Part shown: positions 30,110-39,170 of the stretch, piece after piece | Layout: the number at the start of each line of letters is the position of its first letter | Numbering within the stretch: position 1 is the first letter of the stretch | Origin: Alphaproteobacteria bacterium | Lineage (GTDB): Bacteria > Pseudomonadota > Alphaproteobacteria > GCA-2731375 | Reading direction: 5' to 3' | Length of the DNA stretch: 64,000 nt | Assembly (NCBI GenBank): GCA_965232515.1 | Contig: CBDDPY010000002.1 | Location: 2,272,001-2,336,000, forward strand | The notes under the pieces: generated by a model | What the model saw: the letters and a program-made list of their open reading frames with translations, nothing else | Told to the model about the DNA's origin: nothing | Database searches by the model: none | Made by a program: the position numbers and the translations under genes

Positions 30110-32011
30110 TCATTGCGGACTTGCCTGCGGCGCGGCACGCGCGTGCCGCAGACGCTCGAAGACGAGAATGGCGACGGCCAGCAGCAAGGCACCCGCCTCC
30201 ACCGCCGCGAACGGCAGCAGCACCAACAGGCCGAGCGCGATACGCAGACAGCGCGACCAGGCCGGCAGGGTGCCCCCGTCGTAGCCGGAGAGACCGGTTG
30301 TGAACAGCCAGATGGCGACGCCGAGACGGACCAGCACCCAGACGAAGGCGATGACATCGAAGCTTTCGACCAGCGACAGGGCCGGGTTGTAGACCAGCAC
30401 GAACGGGATGACGAAGCCGATCAACGCCACCCGCACGGCATCGACCGCCGTGCCCATGGGATGCGCGCCACTGATCGGCGCCGCGGCATAGGCCGCGAGC
30501 GCCACCGGCGGCGTGATCGACGACAGCACGCCGAAATAGAGCACGAAGAGATGCACGATCAGCGTCGGCACGCCGAGCTGCTCGATGGCCGGGCCCATGA
30601 CCAGCACGATGATCAGGTAGGCCGGCACTGTCGGCATGCCCATGCCCAGCACCAGGCAGCCCAACATCATCAGCAACAGCGACAGGAACAGGCTGTCGCC
30701 GGCGAGCGACAGGATCACCGTGGCGAAGCGCAAGCCCAGGCCGGTCATGTTCATGGCGCCGATGACGATACCGACGGCGGCGACGGCGACCATGATCTTG
30801 GCGCCGTTCTCGCCGGCCCGGGCCAGCGCGTCCAGCAGCCGTTTCGGCCGGCGGCGGACCTCCGGGTTCAGCACGAAGCCGGCGACAATAGCGGTGACCG
30901 TGGCCCAGAAGCCGGCGAGCGCCGGCGAGCGGCCGCTGACCAGCAGGCCGATAATGACGCAGAGCGGGATGATCAGCGCCAGCGACATCAACCAGTCCTG
31001 ACGCGTGATCCGCTCGCGCTGATCGGGCGGGATCGGCTCGATGCCGCGCTTCACCGCCTCGACGGAGACGGCGCAGAACAGGCTGCCGTAGTAAAGCAAG
31101 GCCGGCACCAGCGCGGCGACGCAGATCGTCAGATATGGGATGCCGGTGACGTCCGCCATGATAAAGGCGACGGCGCCCATGACCGGCGGCATGAACTGGC
31201 CGCCCGACGAGGCCGCGGCCTCGACGGCGCCGGCGAAACGTCCGGTGAAGCCCCGCTGCCGGATCATCGGGATGGTGAAGACGCCGGTGCCCACGACATT
31301 GGCGGCGACGCTGCCGGACATGGTGCCGAACATGGCGCTGGCGACGACGGCGGCATGGCCCGGACCGCCGCGCAGCCGGCCTGTGGCGGCAAAGGCGATG
31401 CGCAACAGCGAGCGGCCGGCGCCGATGCCGTCCAGAACGACGCCGAACACGACGAAGACCAGGATGAAGCTGGTGACCACGGCGACCGGCCGGCCGAAGA
31501 CGCCGTCGAAGCTGTACCAGATCGTGCGGATGGTCTGCTCGGCGCTGAACCCGGCATGCTGCAGGATCCAGGGCAGGTGCTCGCCGGCGAGGCAATAGGC
31601 CAGCGCCGTCAGGCAGACCAGGAACAGCGGCAGACCGAACAGCCGCCGGGTCATTTCCAGCAGAACGAAGACACCGAGCCAGCCGAAGAACTGATCCGTG
31701 ACCGTGAAGTCGTAGAGGCCGGTCTCCAGCTCTTCCGACAACGACACGGCCCAGTAGGCCGCGAGAACGCCGGCGACGGCGATGGCGACATCGATCAGAC
31801 GCGTTAAAGGCGCGCCGGCGGCCAGCACCGGGACGGCCAGCGCGACGATCACCAGCGCCAGGCCGACCGTGCCGACGCGGAGCAGCACTTCCTCGAAAAC
31901 GCCGAAACCGGCCGTGTAGACAGCCACGGCGCTCAGCACCAGGCCGAGCCCGTAGAGCATTGCCGTCGTCGCCTTGCCGACGGCCGTCCCAGACGTGCTG
32001 TCGTCGCTCAT
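30110..32011 (-). CDS. TRAP transporter fused 4TM/12TM permease (TAXI-associated)
   Basis: RGGPGHAAV, SGSVAANVVGTG, EAAASSGGQFMPPVMGA, LGMGMPT and ITPPVALAA. Confidence 0.92.
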   Translation of the reverse strand: MSDDSTSGTAVGKATTAMLYGLGLVLSAVAVYTAGFGVFEEVLLRVGTVGLALVIVALAVPVLAAGAPLTRLIDVAIAVAGVLAAYWAVSLSEELETGLYDFTVTDQFFGWLGVFVLLEMTRRLFGLPLFLVCLTALAYCLAGEHLPWILQHAGFSAEQTIRTIWYSFDGVFGRPVAVVTSFILVFVVFGVVLDGIGAGRSLLRIAFAATGRLRGGPGHAAVVASAMFGTMSGSVAANVVGTGVFTIPMIRQRGFTGRFAGAVEAAASSGGQFMPPVMGAVAFIMADVTGIPYLTICVAALVPALLYYGSLFCAVSVEAVKRGIEPIPPDQRERITRQDWLMSLALIIPLCVIIGLLVSGRSPALAGFWATVTAIVAGFVLNPEVRRRPKRLLDALARAGENGAKIMVAVAAVGIVIGAMNMTGLGLRFATVILSLAGDSLFLSLLLMMLGCLVLGMGMPTVPAYLIIVLVMGPAIEQLGVPTLIVHLFVLYFGVLSSITPPVALAAYAAAPISGAHPMGTAVDAVRVALIGFVIPFVLVYNPALSLVESFDVIAFVWVLVRLGVAIWLFTTGLSGYDGGTLPAWSRCLRIALGLLVLLPFAAVEAGALLLAVAILVFERLRHARAAPQASPQ

Positions 32012-32103
32012 CGCGCCTCTCCCGCGCCGCGACGATTGGCTGTCGCTTTGCGCGTGATTGGAGCTTGCGGAAGCCATTCCGACGCGACAACCTTAAAGCC
32101 ATT

Positions 32104-32124
32104 GCGTTTCGCTAGGTGGAACGC
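32104..32124. promoter_or_regulatory. Probable IclR-family operator between the TRAP operon and the IclR gene
   Basis: Imperfect palindrome GCGTTTCGC-TAG-GTGGAACGC, 5 nt before the IclR start codon. Confidence 0.45.
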
Positions 32125-32129
32125 CAGCG

Positions 32130-32951
32130 ATGGCCGACGACAAGACTGTCCGGGCGCTGACGCGCGGGCTTGCCGTGCTGGAGGTGCTCAACCATGAGCG
32201 GGCCTGCTCGCTCAAGCACCTGCATGCCGCGACCGGCATCGCCAAGCCGACGCTATTGCGTCTGCTGCGGACGCTGGCCGCGGCCGGTTATGTCCGCCGC
32301 GGCATGGTCGACAACCTCTATCGGCCGACCGTCAACATGCGACGTCTGGGCGGCGATATGGACGCCGACGCCCGTCTGGCCGAGGTTGCCGCGCCGATCC
32401 TCGACGACCTGCGCAACGAGCTCGGTTGGCCGTCGGACCTGGCGATCTATCACCGACTCGCCATGGAAATCGTCGAGAGCAGCCGCTTCCGCAAACCGTT
32501 CGATCTGCCGTTCGGCATCATGCCGGCGCGCAATCACGGCCCCCTCAGCTATCGCGTGCCGATGTTGTTGTCCGGGTTGGGCCGGGCGTATCTCGCGTTC
32601 TGCCCCGAACCGGAGCGGCAGGAGATCCTGGCCGCGTTGGCGGCATCCGCCGAACCGAATGACCGCCTGGCGCGGGATCAAAAGCGCGTCGAAACCATTC
32701 TGGATACCACGCGCGCGCAACGCCACGGCATTCGCGATCCCGCATATATGAACGAGCTGAATGCCTTTGCCGTGCCGATCCGCGGTGATGGCCGCCTTCT
32801 GGGCTGCATCAACCTGCTCTGGCCCAGCGGCGCCCACCGGTTGCCCGATATGCTTGACGCCCATTTGCCGCGTCTCTGGTCGGCGGCCGACCGGATCGCG
32901 ATTGTCGCCGCGAAACACGGACTTGCCGCTGCGCAATCGACAAAGCCGTAA
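32130..32951 (+). CDS. IclR family regulator (MhpR-like)
   Basis: VRALTRGLAVL, TGIAKPTLLRLL.TL...GYV, WPSDL and SGLGRAYLAFCP. Confidence 0.9.
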   Translation: MADDKTVRALTRGLAVLEVLNHERACSLKHLHAATGIAKPTLLRLLRTLAAAGYVRRGMVDNLYRPTVNMRRLGGDMDADARLAEVAAPILDDLRNELGWPSDLAIYHRLAMEIVESSRFRKPFDLPFGIMPARNHGPLSYRVPMLLSGLGRAYLAFCPEPERQEILAALAASAEPNDRLARDQKRVETILDTTRAQRHGIRDPAYMNELNAFAVPIRGDGRLLGCINLLWPSGAHRLPDMLDAHLPRLWSAADRIAIVAAKHGLAAAQSTKP

Positions 32952-33007
32952 GCCATCGCCATATCCAATTGATGCCTCACGGTTCGGGCCGCGCAGGGAG
33001 CGAGATA

Positions 33008-34396
33008 ATGCCGCATTCATTCGACCCCGAGGGACAACGTCTGCCGATCAAACTCGACACCACGTCCAACGGCGAGTTCGTGCCGGTGCCGCTCGACACC
33101 ACGAACCGACACGCCAACGCGCTGGCCCAGAGCTGGGCGAGCGAAAACGCCAAGCGCCGCGGCGTCGACCGCCGTGGCTTCATGGTCTCGGCCTGCGGCG
33201 CCGCCAGCACGCTGCTCGCCTTCAACGCCGCCAACGCGGCTGCCGGGCGGACCGGCGGCTATTTCGAACTCGACACGGTCGCGGCCGTCGACCCCGACGC
33301 GGCGGTCGAGCAGCTCGACGGCCGTGAGTTCGTGTTCGACGTGCAGGGACATTTCGTCGGCGAGAACGGCATCGGCCGAACCGGCCTTGGCGACTCGAAG
33401 CAGTTCATCAAGGACATCTTCCTCGACTCCGACACCGACATGATGGTGCTGTCGTTCATTCCCTCGCGCCGGGAGACCGAACTGCTGACCATCCAGGAGG
33501 CCGACGAGACGCGCCGCATCATCGACGAGATGGACGGCACGCGTCGACTGCTGATCCACGGCCGGGTCAATCCGAACCAGCCGGGCGATCTCGAGGACAT
33601 GGACGAGCTGGCCGAGACCTGGGGCGTGTCGGCCTGGAAGTGCTACACGCAATGGGGCCCGGACGGCCGCGGTTTCTTTTTACACGACGACATCGGCCTG
33701 CGCATGATCGAGAAGGCGCGCGCGCTCGGCGTGAAGAATATCTGCATACACAAAGGTCTGCCGTTCGGCCGGCGGTCCTACGAGCACAGCCTCTCGACCG
33801 ATATCGGCGTCGTCGCCAAGATGTTTCCAGATGTGAACTTTCTCGTCTATCACTCTGGATTCATTAGCGGACAGACGGAAGGCCCGTACGATCCAAATCG
33901 CCGCGAAGGCGTCGACGAACTGATCCGCTCGGTCGAGGAAAACGGTATCGGGCGCAACGCCAACGTCTATGCCGAGCTCGGCAGCACCTGGCGCTTCGCC
34001 ATGCGCGACCCGACCATGGCCGCCCATATCGTCGGCAAGCTGGTCAAGCATATCGGCGAGGAAAACGTCCTCTACGGCTCGGACTGCATCTGGTACGGCT
34101 CGCCGCAAGATCAGATCCAGGCGTTCCGGACCTTCCAGATCTCGGACGAACTGCAAGAGAAGTTCGGCTATCCGAAGCTGACACCGAAGCTCAAGGCGCA
34201 GATCTTCGGCCTGAACGCGGCCAAGCCCTATGACATCGATGTCGGTGAAGTGCTGCAGCGGGCGCGCAATGACCGGATCGGGAAACGGCGCGCCCAGTAC
34301 CGGGCGGCGCCCGACCCGCATTTCCTTACCTTCGGACCCAAGACCCGCCGCGAATTCCTGGCCAACCTGAAGGCCCGCGGCGGCGTACCGATTTAG
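33008..34396 (+). CDS. Amidohydrolase superfamily protein (Amidohydro_2-like)
   Basis: FDVQGHF, WKCYT, CIHKG, VYHSG, YAELGSTW and YGSDCIWYG. Confidence 0.8.
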   Translation: MPHSFDPEGQRLPIKLDTTSNGEFVPVPLDTTNRHANALAQSWASENAKRRGVDRRGFMVSACGAASTLLAFNAANAAAGRTGGYFELDTVAAVDPDAAVEQLDGREFVFDVQGHFVGENGIGRTGLGDSKQFIKDIFLDSDTDMMVLSFIPSRRETELLTIQEADETRRIIDEMDGTRRLLIHGRVNPNQPGDLEDMDELAETWGVSAWKCYTQWGPDGRGFFLHDDIGLRMIEKARALGVKNICIHKGLPFGRRSYEHSLSTDIGVVAKMFPDVNFLVYHSGFISGQTEGPYDPNRREGVDELIRSVEENGIGRNANVYAELGSTWRFAMRDPTMAAHIVGKLVKHIGEENVLYGSDCIWYGSPQDQIQAFRTFQISDELQEKFGYPKLTPKLKAQIFGLNAAKPYDIDVGEVLQRARNDRIGKRRAQYRAAPDPHFLTFGPKTRREFLANLKARGGVPI

Positions 34397-34504
34397 CGCC
34401 CGCCCCACGCACGCAAGATCGCCATCGCCCCGTATACCGACCGGGATAATGTCGATGTACCGCCTCAGCTCTATCCCCTAATTTATTGTTATTCATAAAA
34501 AAAT

Positions 34505-34545
34505 CCGATCTCAACAATAGGGACAGTCCCTATTGTTGAGATCGG
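34505..34545. repeat. Perfect 20-bp inverted repeat (REP-like palindrome or bidirectional terminator)
   Basis: CCGATCTCAACAATAGGGAC-A-GTCCCTATTGTTGAGATCGG between convergent genes. Confidence 0.85.
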
Positions 34546-34575
34546 CGGGGAAATGTTTGAGCGGTCGAATGCGGC

Positions 34576-35082
34576 CTATATCTTCTGGTTCAATCTGGGC
34601 TTCCAGAATGGCCGGAACAGCTCGATCTTCGGGCAGCGGTTCATCACCACCTTGAGGCCGGACGCTTCCGCCAGCCGGGCGGCAGCGTCGTCGCGGACGC
34701 CGATCTGCGCCCACAGCACCTTGGCGCCGATGTCGATGGCCTCCTCGGCAATGCCATAGAGCGCGTTGGAGCTGCGGAACACCTCGACCATGTCGACGGG
34801 CCGGTCGATCGCCGAGAGGCTTTCATAGACCTTCAGCCCCCGGATCTCGCCGCCGGCCTCGACGGGGTTCACCGGGACCATGTCGTAGCCGGTCTCGTGC
34901 AGCACGCGCAGCACGCCGTAGCTGAACTTGGTCGGATCGGGACTGGCGCCGACCATGGCGATGGTCTTCACCGATTTGAGGATGCCGGCGAGATATTCGG
35001 GCGGATAGTCGTCGTCGTGGTTCATGAAGACGGGCTGGGTGGCGTCCGCCCCGGCGGCGTCGACGTTGGTGGGCTCGGTCAT
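34576..35082 (-). CDS. CoA-binding protein (YccU-like)
   Basis: KTIAMVGAS, PVNP, VDMVEVFR, LWAQIGV and VVMNRCPKIE; ATGA coupling to the ferredoxin. Confidence 0.9.
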   Translation of the reverse strand: MTEPTNVDAAGADATQPVFMNHDDDYPPEYLAGILKSVKTIAMVGASPDPTKFSYGVLRVLHETGYDMVPVNPVEAGGEIRGLKVYESLSAIDRPVDMVEVFRSSNALYGIAEEAIDIGAKVLWAQIGVRDDAAARLAEASGLKVVMNRCPKIELFRPFWKPRLNQKI

Positions 35083-35453
35083 GGCGCATCCTCCCGTGGC
35101 GTCGCGATGTCGGGCTTCAGTTCGTGGGGCGCGAGCGGGCTGGCGAAGGGATTGCGGTAGAGCTTGTCGTGGCTGTCGACGCCGACGTCCAGCACGCAAT
35201 CGGTCAGCGGGCGCGCGACGCAGAGCAGGATATAGCCGTCGTTGAGCTGGCGGTTGTTGAGCGCGACCGCGGCGCGCTGATCGACCTCACCGGACAGCAG
35301 CTTCGCGGCGCAGGAAATGCAGCCGCCATACCTGCAGCCGTAGGGCAGCGACAGGCCCGCCGCCTCCAGCGTGTTGAGCAGGGGCGCGCGCCGGCTGACC
35401 TCGACGACGCGATCTTGCCGGTTCGCCACCGTGATGCGGACCCGGTCGCTCAC
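35079..35453 (-). CDS. Plant-type 2Fe-2S ferredoxin
   Basis: LPYGCRYGGCISCAAKL...GYILLCVARP; GTG start overlaps the SBP56 stop. Confidence 0.92.
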   Translation of the reverse strand: MSDRVRITVANRQDRVVEVSRRAPLLNTLEAAGLSLPYGCRYGGCISCAAKLLSGEVDQRAAVALNNRQLNDGYILLCVARPLTDCVLDVGVDSHDKLYRNPFASPLAPHELKPDIATPREDAP

Positions 35454-36808
35454 AGCCAGATATCCGACGTGCAATCGCCGCCGGGATAGCGGGTCTCGTG
35501 ACAGCGCGCCGGCCCGTTCGGCTCCTTGCCGAAATCGACGAAGAAGTCGGGATCGATCTCCATGCCGCCGTTTTCGGTGTCGCAGTTCACCATCACCATG
35601 CAGCCACCGTTCTCGCGAATGTCCGGATAGAACTGGTTGTCCCAGGTCGAAAACAGCGAGGTCGTGACGTACAGCCGCTTGCCGTCGAGGCTGAGCTGAA
35701 TCATCTGCGGCCCGCCGGTGATGCGCCGGCCGTTGACCAGCGGCGCGCGGTTCAACAGGCCGCCCATCCAGACTTGGCCGGTGAACTTCGGATTGTGCGG
35801 ATCCGAGATGTCGTACTGGCGGATATCACCGTGCAGCCAGTTGCAGAAATAGAGAAAACGGTCGTCCATCGAGATCAGGATGACGGAGATCACGCCGGGC
35901 ACCGGGATCGGCCATTCCGGATGTGGTTCGTTCCCGACGTCGATGATCTTTTCCCAGCGCCATTTGCCGGCGTCGTCCTTCCACCAGTGAATGATGTTGG
36001 CGCTCAACGCCGCGCCGACGAAACCGTGCGAGGAATCCGGATTGTGGTGAAAGCGGACCTCGAGCGGGATCAGCCCGTCCTCGCCGAGATAAAAGGTCTG
36101 TTCGACCCGCTTCTCTTCGAAATTCCAGAAATGCAGCTCGCGCCCGTATTTCAGGTGGCCGACTTCCTCGAGATCGAAACCGGGCATGAAGGTGTTGGGC
36201 GCGGCCCATTCGCTGGAGACCATCACGTTGTGGCGCGGCTGGTACCAGAAGTCGTAGTTGAACTTCATGCCGCCAAGATCGTTTTCCCAGCGCCCGACGA
36301 TTTCGAAGTTCTCGTTCAGGTGCAGAAAGCCGCCCGGCGCGTTCCCCTGCGCGTCGCCCAGCATCGAGATGATGATGTCGGCGCCGAGGCAATGCACCGT
36401 GTGCGGCGCCGAGAGATCGGTCTTGGCTTTGATCTCGGCACCCTCGATCACCTTGTGCAACGTCGGCCTTCGCGGATCGTCGCCGCAATCGACGATGTGC
36501 AGGTTGCTGCTGCGAACGCCGGGCACGATCAGATAGCGCCGCTCCTTGGTGGCGTCGTGGTGGCAGGAGGAGCAGGCGTTCCAGCCCATGTGATGCAGTT
36601 CGTCGCCAATGCCCGGCATCTCGAGGCGGCTGATGACCTGGCTGTAGGTCGGGCTGTCGGGATCGGCGTCGATCGTCGCCAGGTAGTCCGGCTTCTGGAT
36701 ACCGGTGCCGATATACAGCGCCACGGTGTAGAGAAGTTTTTCGCGTGGGGCCCGCATGGCCTCCGCCGGCGACGCGTATCCCGGCCCGCAGCACTCCATG
36801 GTGCTCAA
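35450..36808 (-). CDS. Selenium-binding protein 56 (SBP56/SELENBP1, methanethiol oxidase-like) family protein
   Basis: CCGPGYASP.EAM, DYLATID.DP.SPTY, DELHHMGWNACSSC, YDFWYQPRHNVMVSSEW, GGPQMIQLSLDGKRLYVT.SL...WDNQFYP and RYPGGDCTSDIW. Start TTG 36808 (GGAGG RBS) or ATG 36799. Confidence 0.93.
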   Translation of the reverse strand: MSTMECCGPGYASPAEAMRAPREKLLYTVALYIGTGIQKPDYLATIDADPDSPTYSQVISRLEMPGIGDELHHMGWNACSSCHHDATKERRYLIVPGVRSSNLHIVDCGDDPRRPTLHKVIEGAEIKAKTDLSAPHTVHCLGADIIISMLGDAQGNAPGGFLHLNENFEIVGRWENDLGGMKFNYDFWYQPRHNVMVSSEWAAPNTFMPGFDLEEVGHLKYGRELHFWNFEEKRVEQTFYLGEDGLIPLEVRFHHNPDSSHGFVGAALSANIIHWWKDDAGKWRWEKIIDVGNEPHPEWPIPVPGVISVILISMDDRFLYFCNWLHGDIRQYDISDPHNPKFTGQVWMGGLLNRAPLVNGRRITGGPQMIQLSLDGKRLYVTTSLFSTWDNQFYPDIRENGGCMVMVNCDTENGGMEIDPDFFVDFGKEPNGPARCHETRYPGGDCTSDIWL

Positions 36809-36853
36809 TGGCTTTCCTCCCCAGGGCTTTTGTCTTGTTGTCGGCCCTGATTG

Positions 36854-36889
36854 TCTCATAAAATGAATCAATTGTCTCGTAGATTGAGA
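36854..36889. promoter_or_regulatory. Tandem IclR-like operator boxes in the divergent SBP56/IclR promoter
   Basis: TCTCATAAAATGAAT (36854-36868) and TCTCGTAGATTGAGA (36875-36889), each preceded by ATTG, at a 21-bp period. Confidence 0.5.
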
Positions 36890-36897
36890 GCTTCCGT

Positions 36898-37665
36898 ATG
36901 AACCTCGAACGCCTGATTGCCGTTCTCGAAGCCGTCGCCGCGGCGGGCCGGCCCGTCTCGGCGTCCGAGGTGCAGGGCGTTACCGGCCTGCCGCGCCCGA
37001 CCTGCTATCGCCTGATCCAAACGCTCGCGGCACACCGGTTCCTGGACAACGTCGAGAACGACGGTCGCTGGCTTCTGGGAGACCGGTTCAAACGGATCGC
37101 CATGATGGGGCACTCCGACGCCGATATCCGCCTGGCGACGGCGCCGTTGATCAAAGAAGCCGCAATCGCCGATGGCGACGCCTATTTCCTGTCCCGGTTC
37201 CGCAACAACAGCGTCGAGATCATCCACGTCGAAACGCCGGACGATCCGAAAGCCTCGTTCATTCATCCGGGCCTGGGGCGGCGGCCGATGCACGCCTGCT
37301 CGTGTTCGAAGGCGATCGCGGCGTTTTCCGATAGCGCCCTTCAGCACCGGATTATCGACGGCGCGCTGAAGGCCTATACCGATCGCACCAAGATCGACGC
37401 CGCGGATCTTGCTGCCGAGTTCGCGGCGATCCGCGCGCGCGGCTTCGCGGAATGCGTCGAGGAAATCGAGGTCGGTGTCGCCAGCGTCGCCGCGCCGGTC
37501 CATATGGCGGATGCCAGTGTCCCGTTCTCGATCGGCGCCATCGGCACCATTCGGCGCTTCAGCGACGCCCGCCGATCTCAACTAGGCGTAAAACTGATCG
37601 AGCTCGCCGGCCAGGTCCGTAAGACCATTGCCACCGGATACCTTGATTCCGAGCGGGCGGGCTAA
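36898..37665 (+). CDS. IclR family transcriptional regulator
   Basis: TGLPRPTCYRLIQTL, PMHACSCSKAI and EEIEVGVASVAAPV. Confidence 0.9.
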   Translation: MNLERLIAVLEAVAAAGRPVSASEVQGVTGLPRPTCYRLIQTLAAHRFLDNVENDGRWLLGDRFKRIAMMGHSDADIRLATAPLIKEAAIADGDAYFLSRFRNNSVEIIHVETPDDPKASFIHPGLGRRPMHACSCSKAIAAFSDSALQHRIIDGALKAYTDRTKIDAADLAAEFAAIRARGFAECVEEIEVGVASVAAPVHMADASVPFSIGAIGTIRRFSDARRSQLGVKLIELAGQVRKTIATGYLDSERAG

Positions 37666-37747
37666 AGCGAGGCCCGGACATAGCGCCGGACCCCGCGCCA
37701 CTTCGATAACCTAACAATTCACTCTAACACCATCATTCATCTATTTG

Positions 37748-39001
37748 TTATTTCAAGCCCATGCAATTGGCATAGTACGTCACTGTAGCCGGCCAGTCGC
37801 TGAAGATGCCGCGGACTTTGACCTGTCGCGCCAGCACGTCGAGCTTGGTCAGCATGTCGCCGTCATTGTCGATCGCAGCCTTGGCAGTCTGGTAGTACCA
37901 GCCGCCGCCCTTGTTCAGGGGGCCGGAACGCTCGATGGTCCAGGTGATGATGTCGAGGCCGGCCTCGCGCGCGGCCTTGGCGTAGGTCGACGGCACGATG
38001 TCGTTCTTGTCGTTCAGCCCGACCAGCATCCACATCGGCGGCGCGATGATCTTGATGCCCTCGGCGGCGAGTTCCTGCATGTTGGGTGACCAGGTCGCCG
38101 GCCGCTCGTGATCGAAGCCCGATGACCGATAGCGGCCGTCGAGATAGACCGCCTGCGCGCCGAAGTCGGGCTCGTTCTTCACCCAATAGCGCACGTCCTC
38201 GATGTTGAAGGACTGCGCGAAGACATGGGCGGGATCGACGCCGGCGGCCTTGTACTCGTCGATCAGCTGCTGGGCGTAGTCGGCCTGGCTGTAGTCGCCA
38301 TCGAACGGCATGGCGACGCTGGGCGACTTCAGCTCCGGTGTGAACTTCGTCCCTAAAGCCTTAAAAAGCTCGATACTTTCGGCGTGCGTCATCAGCGTGC
38401 CGGTGGTGGCGTAGAGGTCGGTGCGCCACGCCGGCGTGCCGGCCATGTATTGCGCGACGGTGGTCGCCGTCCGGTCGGCGGCATCCATCTTACCGCTGAG
38501 CGTCTTGTACTGCGCGAGCGTGATGTCGGACGTGCAGCATTTGGCCGACGCCTTCTTACCGGTCGCCGGATCCGCGGGCGAGAATGGCTGGGTGCATTGG
38601 GCGGCGAGTTCCGGCACGGCCAGGATGTTGGTCGTCGTGTGCAGGTCGCACTGGGAATGGCGGCAGACGAGCTGCCGGTCCTTGGTGAACGTGACGTCGC
38701 ATTCGAGGATGCCGGCGCCCATGCGCGCCGCCGCCTCGTACGATTCCCTGGTGTGCTCCGGGAACTGCAGCGGCGCGCCGCGATGGCCGATCGAGAAGTC
38801 CGTCTTCTCGAACGGGCCGGCCGCGCATTGCTGCAGCGTCGTCTTCAGGGGCCCCTCATCCATATCGGCGACGAGATAGTAGGGACGCGGTCCGAGCTGC
38901 ACCGCGTCGCCGGCCGCGGCCGCCGTTGCTGCCCCGAGTGCCGGCAGCAAAAGCAACCCGATTGCCCACACCCCCCGCAGCGATCCGATACCCCTGTTCA
39001 T
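37748..39001 (-). CDS. glpQ: Periplasmic glycerophosphodiester phosphodiesterase (GlpQ family)
   Basis: Signal peptide, IGHRGA, PEHT, ECDV, CRH, PELK, QSF, WTIERS and GIFSDWP. Confidence 0.88.
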   Translation of the reverse strand: MNRGIGSLRGVWAIGLLLLPALGAATAAAAGDAVQLGPRPYYLVADMDEGPLKTTLQQCAAGPFEKTDFSIGHRGAPLQFPEHTRESYEAAARMGAGILECDVTFTKDRQLVCRHSQCDLHTTTNILAVPELAAQCTQPFSPADPATGKKASAKCCTSDITLAQYKTLSGKMDAADRTATTVAQYMAGTPAWRTDLYATTGTLMTHAESIELFKALGTKFTPELKSPSVAMPFDGDYSQADYAQQLIDEYKAAGVDPAHVFAQSFNIEDVRYWVKNEPDFGAQAVYLDGRYRSSGFDHERPATWSPNMQELAAEGIKIIAPPMWMLVGLNDKNDIVPSTYAKAAREAGLDIITWTIERSGPLNKGGGWYYQTAKAAIDNDGDMLTKLDVLARQVKVRGIFSDWPATVTYYANCMGLK

Positions 39002-39062
39002 TCCCCACTCCTTGTGAACAACCCGCTCTAAGGCCCTGTTCGTAAATGGTTAACAGAACCTG

Positions 39063-39080
39063 ATGGCAACGGTGTGACAG
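39063..39080 (-). promoter_or_regulatory. Putative Pho box upstream of glpQ
   Basis: Minus strand CTGTCAC-ACCG-TTGCCAT matches the 7-4-7 Pho-box layout; fits a phosphate-scavenging enzyme. Confidence 0.55.
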
Positions 39081-39102
39081 ATTGCCTCTTGATATAATTT
39101 AG

Positions 39103-39121
39103 AATGATACTAATTCTCAAT
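39103..39121. promoter_or_regulatory. Putative Fur-family (Fur/Mur/Irr) box upstream of the metal transporter
   Basis: AATGATACT-A-ATTCTCAAT, an imperfect 9-1-9 palindrome in an AT-rich patch. Confidence 0.5.
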
Positions 39122-39170
39122 ATCATAAACCCGTTCCGTTCGAACGTGCGATTGTCGAAGGTTTACCGCC

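Noticed and set aside
29052-32102. 1016-aa ORF suggesting a giant TAXI fusion
   Set aside because: The N-terminal two-thirds is an off-frame overlap of the permease; the real gene starts at 30080 with its own RBS and signal peptide.
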